A stretch of 63,644 nucleotides of DNA, counting the filler, from Nemertoderma westbladi (taxonomy: Eukaryota; Animalia; Xenacoelomorpha): NCBI GenBank assembly GCA_032718475.1. It is 3 parts of 3 records of this genome, joined end to end, with 100 filler letters (N's around TTAATTAATTAA, not from the genome) between each part and the next. Parts side by side here need not be neighbours in the genome. Positions count along the whole stretch, not along the records: positions 1 to 17,706 come from JAUCBJ010001603.1; positions 17,807 to 45,142 come from JAUCBJ010000887.1; 1 more part is not named here. One strand, 5' to 3'. Positions 12,490 through 25,200 of this stretch are shown here, in pieces. The notes under the pieces were generated by a model. It searched no databases and was not told the origin of the DNA. It saw only the letters and a list, made by a program, of their open reading frames with translations. Each line of letters starts with the position of its first letter. The stretch's first letter is position 1. The translations under genes and the position numbers were made by a program.

Positions 12490-15400
12490 TTGAGTTTGAG
12501 TGACGTGGCCGGATCAATGAGGGGATGCAGTCAGCCTCAGCACACTGCGACATCTCCCCTGAGTGTGAGTGACGTGGCCGGATCAATGAGGGGATGCAGT
12601 CAGCCTCAGCACACTGCGACATCTCCCCTGAGTGTGAGTGACGTGGCCGGATCAATGAGGGGATGCAGTCAGCCTCAGCACACTGCGACATCTCCCCTGA
12701 GTGTGAGTGACGTGGGCGGATCAATGAGGGGATGCAGTCAGCCTCAGCACACTGCATTGAGTGTGAGTGACGTGGCCGGATCAATGAGGGGATGCAGTCA
12801 GCCTCAGCACACTGCATTGAGTGTGAGTGACGTGGCCGGATCAATGAGGGGATGCAGTCAGCCTCAGCACACTGCGACATCTCCCCTGAGTGTGTGTGAC
12901 GTGGGCGGATCAATGAGGGGATGCAGTCAGCCTCAGCACACTGCCTTGAGTGTGAGTGACGTGGCCGGATCAATGAGGGGATGCAGTCAGCCTCAGCACA
13001 CTGCATTGAGTGTGAGTGACGTGGCCGGATCAATGAGGGGATGCAGTCAGCCTCAGCACACTGCGACATCTCCCCTGAGTGTGTGTGACGTGGCCGGATC
13101 AATGAGGGGATGCAGTCAGCCTCAGCACACTGCGACATCTCCCCTGAGTGTGTGTGACGTGGCCGGATCAATGAGGGGATGCAGTCAGCCTCAGCACACT
13201 GCGACATCTCCCCTGAGTGTGTGTGACGTGGCCGGATCAATGAGGGGATGCAGTCAGCCTCAGCACACTGCGACATCTCCCCTGAGTGTGTGTGACGTGG
13301 CCGGATCAATGAGGGGATGCAGTCAGCCTCAGCACACTGCGACATCTCCCCTGAGTGTGAGTGACGTGGCCGGATCAATGAGGGGATGCAGTCAGCCTCA
13401 GCACACTGCGACATCTCCCCTGAGTGTAAGTGACGTGGCCGGATCAATGAGGGGATGCAGTCAGCCTCAGCACATTGCATTGAGTGTGAGTGACGTGGCC
13501 GGTCAATGAGGGGGTGCAGTCAGCCTCAGCACACTGCATTGAGTGTAAGTGACGTGGCCGGTCAATGAGGGGATGCAGTCAGCCTCAGCACACTGCGACA
13601 TCTCCCCTGAGTGTAAGTGACGTGGCCGGATCAATGAGGGGATGCAGTCAGCCTCAGCACATTGCATTGAGTGTGAGTGACGTGGCCGGTCAATGAGGGG
13701 GTGCAGTCAGCCTCAGCACACTGCATTGAGTGTAAGTGACGTGGCCGGTCAATGAGGGGATGCAGTCAGCCTCAGCACACTGCATTGAGTGTAAGTGACG
13801 TGGCCGGATCAATGAGGGGATGCAGTCAGCCTCAGCACACTGCGACATCTCCCCTGAGTGTGAGTGACGTGGCCGGATCAATGAGGGGATGCAGTCAGCC
13901 TCAGCACACTGCGACATCTCCCCTGAGTGTGAGTGACGTGGGCGGATCAATGAGGGGATGCAGTCAGCCTCAGCACACTGCATTGAGTGTGAGTGACGTG
14001 GCCGGATCAATGAGGGGATGCAGTCAGCCTCAGCACACTGCATTGAGTGTGAGTGACGTGGCCGGATCAATGAGGGGATGCAGTCAGCCTCAGCACACTG
14101 CGACATCTCCCCTGAGTGTGTGTGACGTGGGCGGATCAATGAGGGGATGCAGTCAGCCTCAGCACACTGCCTTGAGTGTGAGTGACGTGGCCGGATCAAT
14201 GAGGGGATGCAGTCAGCCTCAGCACACTGCATTGAGTGTGAGTGACGTGGCCGGATCAATGAGGGGATGCAGTCAGCCTCAGCACACTGCGACATCTCCC
14301 CTGAGTGTGTGTGACGTGGCCGGATCAATGAGGGGATGCAGTCAGCCTCAGCACACTGCGACATCTCCCCTGAGTGTGTGTGACGTGGCCGGATCAATGA
14401 GGGGATGCAGTCAGCCTCAGCACACTGCGACATCTCCCCTGAGTGTGTGTGACGTGGCCGGATCAATGAGGGGATGCAGTCAGCCTCAGCACACTGCGAC
14501 ATCTCCCCTGAGTGTGTGTGACGTGGCCGGATCAATGAGGGGATGCAGTCAGCCTCAGCACACTGCGACATCTCCCCTGAGTGTGAGTGACGTGGCCGGA
14601 TCAATGAGGGGATGCAGTCAGCCTCAGCACACTGCGACATCTCCCCTGAGTGTAAGTGACGTGGCCGGATCAATGAGGGGATGCAGTCAGCCTCAGCACA
14701 TTGCATTGAGTGTGAGTGACGTGGCCGGTCAATGAGGGGGTGCAGTCAGCCTCAGCACACTGCATTGAGTGTAAGTGACGTGGCCGGTCAATGAGGGGAT
14801 GCAGTCAGCCTCAGCACACTGCGACATCTCCCCTGAGTGTAAGTGACGTGGCCGGATCAATGAGGGGATGCAGTCAGCCTCAGCACATTGCATTGAGTGT
14901 GAGTGACGTGGCCGGTCAATGAGGGGGTGCAGTCAGCCTCAGCACACTGCATTGAGTGTAAGTGACGTGGCCGGTCAATGAGGGGATGCAGTCAGCCTCA
15001 GCACACTGCATTGAGTGTAAGTGACGTGGCCGGATCAATGAGGGGATGCAGTCAGCCTCAGCACACTTGCATTGAGTGTGAGTGACGTGGCCGGATCAAT
15101 GAGGGGATGCAGTCAGCCTCAGCACACTGCGACATCTCCCCTGAGTGTGAGTGACGTGGCCGGATCAATGAGGGGATGCAGTCAGCCTCAGCACACTGCA
15201 TTGAGTGTGAGTGACGTGGCCGGATCAATGAGGGGATGCAGTCAGCCTCAGCACACTGCATTGAGTGTGAGTGACGTGGCCGGATCAATGAGGGGATGCA
15301 GTCAGCCTCAGCACACTGCATTGAGTGTGAGTGACGTGGCCGGATCAATGAGGGGATGCAGTCAGCCTCAGCACACTGCGACATCTCCCTGAGTGTGAGT

Positions 15401-17706
15401 GACGTGGCCGGATCAATGAGGGGATGCAGTCAGCCTCAGCACACTGCATTGAGTGTGAGTGACGTGGCCGGATCAATGAGGGGATGCAGTCAGCCTCAGC
15501 ACACTGCGACATCTCCCCTGAGTGTGTGTGACGTGGCCGATCAATGAGGGGATGCAGTCAGCCTCAGCACACTGCGACATCTCCCCTGAGTGTGAGTGAC
15601 GTGGCCGGATCAATGAGGGGATGCAGTCAGCCTCAGCACACTTGCATTGAGTGTGAGTGACGTGGCCGGATCAATGAGGGGATGCAGTCAGCCTCAGCAC
15701 ACTGCGACATCTCCCCTGAGTGTGTGTGACGTGGCCGATCAATGAGGGGATGCAGTCAGCCTCAGCACACTGCGACATCTCCCCTGAGTGTGAGTGACGT
15801 GGCCGGATCAATGAGGGGATGCAGTCAGCCTCAGCACACTGCGACATCTCCCTGAGTGTGAGTGACGTGGCCGGATCAATGAGGGGATGCAGTCAGCCTC
15901 AGCACACTGCGACATCTCCCCTGAGTGTGAGTGACGTGGCCGGATCAATGAGGGGATGCAGTCAGCCTCAGCACACTGCATTGAGTGTGAGTGACGTGGC
16001 CGGATCAATGAGGGGATGCAGTCAGCCTCAGCACACTGCATTGAGTGTAAGTGACGTGGCCGGATCAATGAGGGGATGCAGTCAGCCTCAGCACACTGCG
16101 ACATCTCCCCTGAGTGTGTGTGACGTGGCCGGATCAATGAGGGGATGCAGTCAGCCTCAGCACACTGCATTGAGTGTGAGTGACGTGGCCGGATCAATGA
16201 GGGGATGCAGTCAGCCTCAGCACACTGCGACATCTCCCCTGAGTGTAAGTGACGTGGCCGGATCAATGAGGGGATGCAGTCAGCCTCAGCACACTGCATT
16301 GAGTGTGAGTGACGTGGCCGGTCAATGAGGGGGTGCAGTCAGCCTCAGCACACTGCATTGAGTGTGAGTGACGTGGCCGGTCAATGAGGGGATGCAGTCA
16401 GCCTCAGCACACTGCGACATCTCCCCTGAGTGTGAGTGACGTGGCCGGATCAATGAGGGGATGCAGTCAGCCTCAGCACATTGCATTGAGTGTGAGTGAC
16501 GTGGCCGGATCAATGAGGGGATGCAGTCAGCCTCAGCACACTGCATTGAGTGTGAGTGACGTGGCCGGATCAATGAGGGGATGCAGTCAGCCTCAGCACA
16601 CTGCATTGAGTGTGAGTGACGTGGCCGGATCAATGAGGGGATGCAGTCAGCCTCAGCACACTGCGACATCTCCCCTGAGTGTGAGTGACGTGGCCGGATC
16701 AATGAGGGGATGCAGTCAGCCTCAGCACACTGCATTGAGTGTGAGTGACGTGGCCGGATCAATGAGGGGATGCAGTCAGCCTCAGCACACTGCGACATCT
16801 CCCCTGAGTGTGTGTGACGTGGCCGGATCAATGAGGGGATGCAGTCAGCCTCAGCACACTGCGACATCTCCCCTGAGTGTGAGTGACGTGGCCGGATCAA
16901 TGAGGGGATGCAGTCAGCCTCAGCACATTGCATTGAGTGTGAGTGACGTGGCCGGATCAATGAGGGGATGCAGTCAGCCTCAGCACACTGGACATCTCCC
17001 CTGAGTGTGAGTGACGTGGCCGGATCAATGAGGGGATGCAGTCAGCCTCAGCACACTGCGACATCTCCCCTGAGTGTGAGTGACGTGGCCGGATCAATGA
17101 GGGGATGCAGTCAGCCTCAGCACACTGCGACATCTCCCCTGAGTGTGAGTGACGTGGCCGGATCAATGAGGGGATGCAGTCAGCCTCAGCACACTGCGAC
17201 ATCTCCCCTGAGTGTGAGTGACGTGGCCGGATCAATGAGGGGATGCAGTCAGCCTCAGCACACTTGCATTGAGTGTGAGTGACGTGGCCGGATCAATGAG
17301 GGGATGCAGTCAGCCTCAGCACACTGCATTGAGTGTGAGTGACGTGGCCGGATCAATGAGGGGATGCAGTCAGCCTCAGCACACTGCGACATCTCCCCTG
17401 AGTGTGTGTGACGTGGCCGGATCAATGAGGGGATGCAGTCAGCCTCAGCACACTGCACTCCCCTGAGTGTGAGTGACGTGGCCGGATCAATGAGGGGATG
17501 CAGTCAGCCTCAGCACACTGCGACATCTCCCCTGAGTGTGAGTGACGTGGCCGGATCAATGAGGGGATGCAGTCAGCCTCAGCACACTGCGACATTTCCC
17601 CTGAGTGTGAGTGACGTGGCCGGATCAATGAGGGGATGCAGTCAGCCTCAGCACACTGCATTGAGTGTAAGTGACGTGGCCGGTCAATGAGGGGATGCAG
17701 TCAGCC
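12490..17706. repeat. Satellite array of mixed 60-bp and 69-bp units with a 1226-bp higher-order duplication; runs into the gap
   Basis: Core gagtgtgagtgacgtggccggatcaatgaggggatgcagtcagcctcagcacactgc followed by att or gacatctcccct. Rare variants recur at an offset of 1226 (13501/14727, 13688/14914). Confidence 0.97.
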
Positions 17707-17806
17707 NNNNNNNNNNNNNNNNNNNNNNNNNNNNNNNNNNNNNNNNNNNNTTAATTAATTAANNNNNNNNNNNNNNNNNNNNNNNNNNNNNNNNNNNNNN
17801 NNNNNN
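17707..17806. other. Artificial linker / assembly gap
   Basis: N44-TTAATTAATTAA-N44, which places stops in all six frames. Confidence 0.97.
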
Positions 17807-20229
17807 GTTTCTTCAGTAGAAAGTGCGCGGGTGTTAGCGCTTCCAGGGAATCAGGACTTGAAGAGACTGGCATAAGCGGTCTTTCGTTGAGATAGGCGGC
17901 GATTTCCTCCATTAACGTCCGCAATAGTTCGTCAGTGAGATAAGCGCGACAAGGTACAATAAAGTGGAACGCAGTCTTCACGCTCCTAATCAATCTCTCC
18001 CAACTTCCTCCCCACCAAGGGGCGTCGGCGGCGTTGAAGGTCCAGCTAGACGCTGTTATCTTTAGCTGATCGTCCACCTGTCTTTTGTTCCAGTCCTTTA
18101 CGTAAGCTTGAATTTCGTTGTTGGCGCCAATGAAGTTCGTTCCCTTATCCGATCTCATTGTGTTACTGGTTCCGAAGCGAGCGATCGGTCTTCGTAAACT
18201 TAACACGAAGCTGTTGGTGGATAGATCGTTTACCATATCGAGATGGATAGCTCTGCAAGTCATACAAACGAAGATGACACACCATCTCTTGACTATAGTC
18301 CGGGCACGATATACTTCAATAGGGCCAAATAAATCCACACCGGTATTAGTAAAGGGTGGTTCATAGAAGCTTACTCTTTCCCTAGGTAATTCTGCCTCTC
18401 GCTGTGTTAAAGGCCTACTGAATACTTTCCTACAGGGTATGCAGTTCCTAAGAACTTGGTTCAGAGCCCTACGGGGTTTATAAAAATAGTAGCGAGTTCG
18501 AATTTCGCTCAGAACTCGTTCTCTACCAGCATGGTACAGTTTGCTATGAACATCTACAATCATCTTGATTTGTATGTCAAGATTTCTAATGAGTATGGGA
18601 AACTTAGTGTCAAAGGATAATGGGGCGTTGGTGAGTCTGCCTCCAACACGTATTAATCCATCTATCATACTACTACTAGGATCGGCATGCTGCATTGCAG
18701 CTGCATTTTTAAGAATGCTGTGCCGGCTTGTCAACAAAATTGCACCGCCACAACTCCCTATCACCCATGACATTTGCTAGATCATCCGCATCTTTAAGGC
18801 CAGTGTCCTTTAAGATGCGTCTCAAGAAAGTCATGGGCTGTCCTCCATGCTTATTCACTCCATGAGGCTGCCAAAGTACAAGATTATGCACTGGCTGGTC
18901 CTCACGGCGAAAGCAATGTCCTGCAAAGCGGAGGCGATTTTGTTCTAGTGTCAAGCTTGGGGGAACCAATGAGACACCTCCAATGTTATATAGTGTCTGG
19001 TTGGAGATGTATGCATTGTACTTGACACAATGTACCCGGCGTAGCATTCTTGTGAATGTGCCATCCAGAGATTTGGTGTCCTCAGCAGTTAGAGCCCAGC
19101 ATGGACTCCCGTAGAGGAGTACTGGAACTACTGCTGCTCTAAATAATCGGACCTTAAGTTTCCGATTAATTCTAGGTGACTTCCAAATCCTGGAAAGCCT
19201 ATTCAAGGCTGCCCATGCCTTTCCCTTACGTATTCGAAGGTCCTCACCTGACTTACGGATCCATGATCCCAGGTAACAGAAGTCGTCCACATGCTCAAGC
19301 ATACCATCCTTTGAGCTTATGCTCATCCGATCAGAGACTTGCTGAGGACTTTCAAAGTTAACTGTCAGAATTTTGGTCTTTCTGGAGTTAATAATCCATC
19401 TATCATGGTACTAGAGAAGCGATCCCTTAAGCGCATCTGCGGATTTCTTAACAACAGGAAATACTTATCGGAATCCTCATAGCATTGTAGGAGTCTCAGC
19501 ATCTGTTTGTTGGTTTCATCATGCTCCTGGTAACTGATCTTCTCCTTTAGAAACCTGTCGGATATCTTATATTTAGGAAGATCTTTAACAACATGGACTC
19601 GTGCAGATGTTGATGGAGCATCATCACTATTGGTCTTTGTCCCGGAGTAACGATGATGAAAACATCGTTTTAAATAGGTGACGGCTTTACAGAGCCGATT
19701 CCAGGAACTGTAATGACGTATCACTCTCTGCAGGAGAGGTGAGAGTCCTTGCAAGATGTCTGGTATTCCAGATTTCCAATCCTTGTCACGGATTTCCAAG
19801 ACTTCTTTAGTCGTGGCGGTGGGTTTCTGATCCAAAGCATCCTCTCCGGAAGTAAATAATACAGATAGATCAACCGCAGGTTTAAACAACTTCGATTTAC
19901 TCGCTCGAGTTTTGGGTTTAACTTTCTCCGCTCCCTTGGCCTGTCTGATCTCTGCTGTTGTGAGATGGGGAGGCCATTCTTCTTCTTCTCTGTAGAGAAA
20001 GTCGGGTCCACCTAACCATTCGGGAGTATTTACCAATTCCTTTGGAGTCGCTCCCCTGGAAGCGATGTCTGCTGGATTAATCGTTCCGGGGCAATGTCTC
20101 CATTGATCCATCGTCGTGCGACTAAGTATGATGGCTACTCTGTTGGTAACGAAGACGCTGAACTGACAGACTTCATTGGTTATATACTCTAACACGAGTA
20201 AAGCGTCGGTCCAATAGACAGTTTTCTCT
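17807..20229 (-). mobile_element. BEL/Pao LTR retrotransposon pol fragment (RNase H region to integrase core), interrupted by an RTE
   Basis: YWTD, FVTNRVAII, WRHCPGTINPADIASRG, W..GPDFL, IRVGGRL, HAG...CIPCRK, GVDLFGP, RAIHLD, SDKGTNF, PWWGGSWERLIRSVK, RPL...LTPAHFL. Confidence 0.92.
18669..19391 (-). mobile_element. 5'-truncated RTE copy (family of 54478-55923) inserted into BEL pol
   Basis: Near-identical to 55208-55922, with (TAG)n tail. 15-bp TSD taatccatctatcat at 18654-18668 and 19392-19406. Confidence 0.95.
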
Positions 20230-20735
20230 AAGCGCTAACACCCGCGCACTTTCTACTGAAGAAACCCGTAGCCATGCTTCCACGATCTGAGATCACAGAT
20301 GGAGACGAGTACTGCCGTCGAACCTGGCAACTTATGCAGTTGCTATCCCGTCGTTTTGCTTACCATTTCGAGAAACATTACCTGCCCACTCTACAACTTC
20401 GAACTAAGTGGTTTGCGCAGCAAGAAAACGTCAGCGCTGGAGACATGGTGCTTATTGTGGACACCGATCTCCCACGTAAGCGATGGCAAACAGGTCGTAT
20501 CATCGAGACGCATATCTCGAGCGATGGTTTGGTGCGATCAGTAGAACTCGTCGTCATGCGGCGTAACTTTAAGAAACCAGGGATAGTCTTTGAGACTCAA
20601 CAGCTCAATCGCCCAGTGGGTCGTTTATGTTTACTGGAAAGAGACAGAGAGCTCTCCGGAAACTATGGAAGGCAAGAAACTCTTCCCACGACCACTTCCC
20701 TAATCCAACCGACATCTAGGGACTCCCCAACTTAA
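20230..20735 (+). mobile_element. BEL/Pao integrase C-terminal region, in opposite orientation to the preceding pol fragment
   Basis: LTPAHFLLKK...RRTWQ...YLPTLQLRTKW...GDMVLI...RKRWQTGRI...SSDGLVRSV...RPVGRLCLL. The first ~40 bp are the reverse complement of 17807-17843. Confidence 0.9.
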
Positions 20736-20753
20736 TATCGTTCGGAGTGGGCG

Positions 20754-21155
20754 TGTGACTCTATTATTTTATATTATTTTATTATTTTTATATTTATGTA
20801 TGTATTACTATGTAATTTTATTATAATCGTTTTATTTAATTTAGTAGAATCTTATTTAGCGATTATTTAGTAGAATAGTGCAATATATTCGTGTTTATTG
20901 CGTACGTAATTACTTATATTATATTTAGTGTGACGGTGAGAAACAAGTATTTTTCTCTTTCCTTACTGCCCGTATTATACTATAAATACGTAACTACAGT
21001 AAGATGAAACGTCTGTACTTATTAAAGTACAATAAAGCCACTGCTATATTCAAGTATTATTGGTAGGCAGAGTATTAGGAATGCAAAGTTCAGATCCTCG
21101 TGTCTCGGCTAAACCAAGCTCTGGGTAGACCTTGGAAACGACTTGCCTCTTCACA
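20754..21155 (+). repeat. Candidate 3' LTR of the BEL/Pao element (402 bp)
   Basis: Follows the pol stop and a G-rich tract (ggagtgggcg). TGTGA...TCACA inverted termini, TATAAATA at 20981, AATAAA at ~21032. No second LTR is available to confirm. Confidence 0.6.
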
Positions 21156-22208
21156 CTGACATTGCTTCGTGCGATATTGCTCTCATACCGTATATTAAAT
21201 AATACATATAGCAGCGTGATGTCCCTTTAACAGTAGCGTATAACGCAAAATAAATCTGTTAAACCCTTTGACCATCTGTAATTCTAGTTGATTAAGATAT
21301 CGTAGCATTTACCGATATCCTTAAAAGGACAATTTTCATAGAATTAAGGATCTTGTGTCCCCAGACATGTTCTAGAATCAAAATATGTCCATTTAATTAT
21401 CAAATAATAAAATTTCGGGGAGTAAATTTAAATTCATGCCTTTTAATGAATTTAATGAATTGCCATTTTTACGCAATTTATAACATTCCCAAAATTCCAT
21501 TAATTAATAGATCAAGGGAGCGGAGATTTATCTTATTATGCGTGTGAGAGTGCGAAAGTCTCCCAAACATAGTCAATAGCCGATAAAATTCATAAGGTCA
21601 TGTATAAAACAGGACATTGACTATTAAAGAATTACTATTAAATAACATCCCAGATCTGTATGCATTGGAATTACCCTAATTATACCGCTAGCTTTACATA
21701 ATGTCACCATAGCAACAACCACGCTAGAATTAGAATTGAGTTAAAAGAACAATAGAAAGCTTGTCCCATTGAATAGCATAGGGAATAAACAGTGCACTGC
21801 TAGTATCCAAGGATACATAATAATACAGTGACATTCTGGAAGGCATTGACTAACGGACAAATGGCCCGAATGTGCGTACTTGTGACAAGTTGTGTGGTAT
21901 TTGTGAGTTTATAGGTGAATGTTACTGCTAAAGTGTGTTTACAGTAGCTAGTCGCAATCTTGAAAGTAACCTAACTCTCCAAGGAAAACCTGAAGTACAT
22001 CTAAGCCTTTGGGACGGACAGTGGAGTGACTTGTGCCGGTTATCGTTGTCGTTGTACGGCTACGTCATTGGCGAAAGTACAGCGACAGCGGTACATCGGC
22101 GCTGAGAATCTCACACTGTCCGGGGGCAAGGGAGAAGTAGGCAGCGACGCCCGCTCGCCTAACAAATATATAAACTCATTATAATATTGGTGAACTCGTA
22201 TAGCAGAT

Positions 22209-25200
22209 ATGACTGAATTAATAGAAGATGATCTTGGTATCAGGGAGAGATATACTCTACCTTTACAAGCGTTTGTCGATAGCTTGATACGCGGCGACGC
22301 TGATCCAACTACTACGGAGGACGATGGTCGTTATATCGAACCGCCAATGTCCCAGGAGCAACTTACGCGTGAATTGGACTATAGAAAATTCACTGCTCGC
22401 TATACGCATCGTAATGGTACGTATATGGACTTCTTGACTACTGGTCATCCTATTGATTTACACGACACCGACGATGTAGACACCGAAAGGGAAATGGTTT
22501 TATTTAAATATCATACCCAGCGGAGTCGAAACGATAAATCGAGAATAGAACACGAGAACTCTATTCGAAACAAGCTCGAAAGAGAAGACGTTGAAGAACC
22601 TGATAAACGTAGCGGCTTCAACGATTATCTAGAATTTCTAAGAGAGACCTATCTCAATGTTGCCAGTCAACAAAACCTCGAAACTCGATATCCTCAAGGT
22701 ATACATCCAGACCCTATGATGGAACTCAAACGGCTCTATTTTGCGATGATGTATCTTACCGCCGATCGACCACTACCTGTCGTTCCAGATAGCTTCGAAC
22801 AGATGGAGGAATATTGTAAAACTGGAGAGCGATCACCCGCATTTCCCCTTCAAGACGTGCGTCTTTGGTATTACTGTGACGAATGCCCTAGACCTAACCA
22901 GCAAGTCGAAAGGCATAAACATCCGCGGAGACGTTGCGCTAAACACAGTTTTACGCGATATACTTATGGGAGTTTCGAGCGAAACCTTTTCGACGTATCA
23001 CCTACGGTCGCGTGCCTTAAGCGATCATTGAATAAACCCATGATCAGAGTTCCGGAATACTCGGTCAGACCTCCTCATTCCCAAGTGATACCTCAAACTC
23101 TCGATCCTAATAGTATTACGGATCCTCCCGAGCTGTACTCACTGTTCAAAGATCTAGTGTTACCTGAACAGTTGATTGGTGGCACTCCGGTAGTGGGTTC
23201 GCTAGATATTCGCCAACCTTACCTCGCTGGACTAGGACGCGGTCATCTAATATCACCGTTTAACCCCTACAACCGTCCTGGCCTCCCTCCGATCCAACCT
23301 GTTACAGAAGTCGAAGAGAGCGTGATACGAAATGCATTGGACGCTATTCGGCAGAAAATCGGAAAAGGAACTTACGATTGCTTGGAGAAACGTAAATTGC
23401 AACAACAAGTCCAAGCGGTGAAAGAACTAGCTTTACCCCAGTTCGATAGAGAAATACAAAATCTAGAGGAGGACATCGAACGTGGGCGAACCTACTCTTT
23501 ACAGGAATTCCTGGACGAGCGCTTGCAACAACAAGCGGAGGAAAATCAGCTCGAGGAGAGACATATAGAGCTGACTGAGAGGGAAGAAGCCGCTTTAGCC
23601 CAACCAGAAGCTCAAATTCTCGTGACGGATCTCTATTCCAAAACGATCCTCCACCCCTCGATGGTTCCTCATTTTAAAGACAAGCTCTTTGCTACGGTAC
23701 AACCTCAACCGGTTAATACCGATCTCAGATCTCAAGAGCTCATTGCTGACGCTCCCATGCTACAACGTCCACCCATCGAGGATGCTCGTGTTGATGGTGT
23801 ACTTGTTGAGCCTCCGGACAATAGAGCGGATCTTGTCCGTCGCATGGTGCACGATGTTAACATACGCGCTAGACCTTTACCGGACTCATTTTATGGAATT
23901 AAGGATCACCCTTATTACGTCAATTTAAAGCAATATTACATGGTAAAACCGGAAGATCCTACGCATAGTCTGAGGTTTCTACCATTAATCAATCCTCTCG
24001 ATCTTGTCGAACTCGAACAACTACAAAAACATCTAGATCAGCTCGTAAAACTAAACTCATTTCGAAAACCGTATAATATTTCTAGAATAGAGAAAGAAAT
24101 ATTACCTCCGTACAATCTTGATGGATTCATTAAAACTCGATTAGTGCACTAGAATCTTGACGTGTTATTCGAGGAAGAAAGAATAAAACGATATGGAGAT
24201 GTGGACACCTATACTACACACTGCTTAAAGTATAGAGACTTACCCAATGCTAGCGAATGCGCTACTTTGTGGCATCCAGTGGGAATGACTCTCGAAAACG
24301 CCACTAAAGAATGGAACGAGACTCTTAACGTTATCGAGATGTATGGCGTTGTTACTTATGACAACGAAGGTAGCGTTCCGGTGGGAGAACTAGGAACTAC
24401 GCGAATGATACATATACGAGGACTCGCTGGTTCTACCCACGTATTCACTCGAGCGTGTTCCGACGTGATTGATTATTCTTTTGAAACCCTTACGGAGACA
24501 CAAAAGAAACTTCGACATGGACAATTCGAGCTCGCGCAGCGTTACGTCACCGACACCGAGCGCAAACCGGCCATGGGTATCGATGGATCAATGTTACCCC
24601 AACCTGTGCTCGAAATGTTGTTTAACGAAAGAATCCTAAAAATCGGCTCAGCCGTTTATGGAGATCTCCAAAACGACTTTCGGAATATGGAAAACATTCC
24701 ATACCCTTTCGTTGATACTCAGCTGATTGCTCCTTGGGCAGAAGGCCGAGGTTTCTTTCGCACTATGTATGCCAATACACCCAGCGGCATTACTAAAGTA
24801 CAACGGACATCCATCGGACATCTTGCCTTTCAAGAATATGGATGGAATTTCAAAGTTGGAAATCCTATCAATTACCAGCAAGTATATGGAGATCATTACT
24901 CTCGTTTATATTTTGATGGACCATTAACTGCGCCTGGTGCAGTATATAGCTTTATGAGTGTTCCACTTCGCCCTTCCTTAGCTATATACACGATCTTTGA
25001 AAACGCAGCACTTGCCGGTTGGCTAGCCGATGTGTGCAGTCGTACCATACGCGCGCACCCATTAATACTTGGAACTAAACTCGCCAAGTTAGACGAACAC
25101 AATAAGTTTATACGTTTCGAATGTTTCCGGCGCTTTCTGACTCCGTTCCGTAACGTCGATAGTCAGTTCAAGGACCGCGCGCTGACCAAACTCAGTCTGA

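Noticed and set aside
12458-17690. Long ORFs on both strands in the satellite
   Set aside because: Result of 60/69-bp units (multiples of 3) lacking stops; broken by single-base indels.
12490-17706. CRISPR-like appearance of this and other arrays
   Set aside because: No unique spacers, no cas genes, eukaryotic context.
17751-17762. TTAATTAATTAA palindrome (also 45187-45198)
   Set aside because: Artificial stop linker between N runs.
21061-21072. PBS-like TGGTAGGCAGAG
   Set aside because: Imperfect match to initiator tRNA-Met, not directly after a CA terminus, and inside the candidate LTR.
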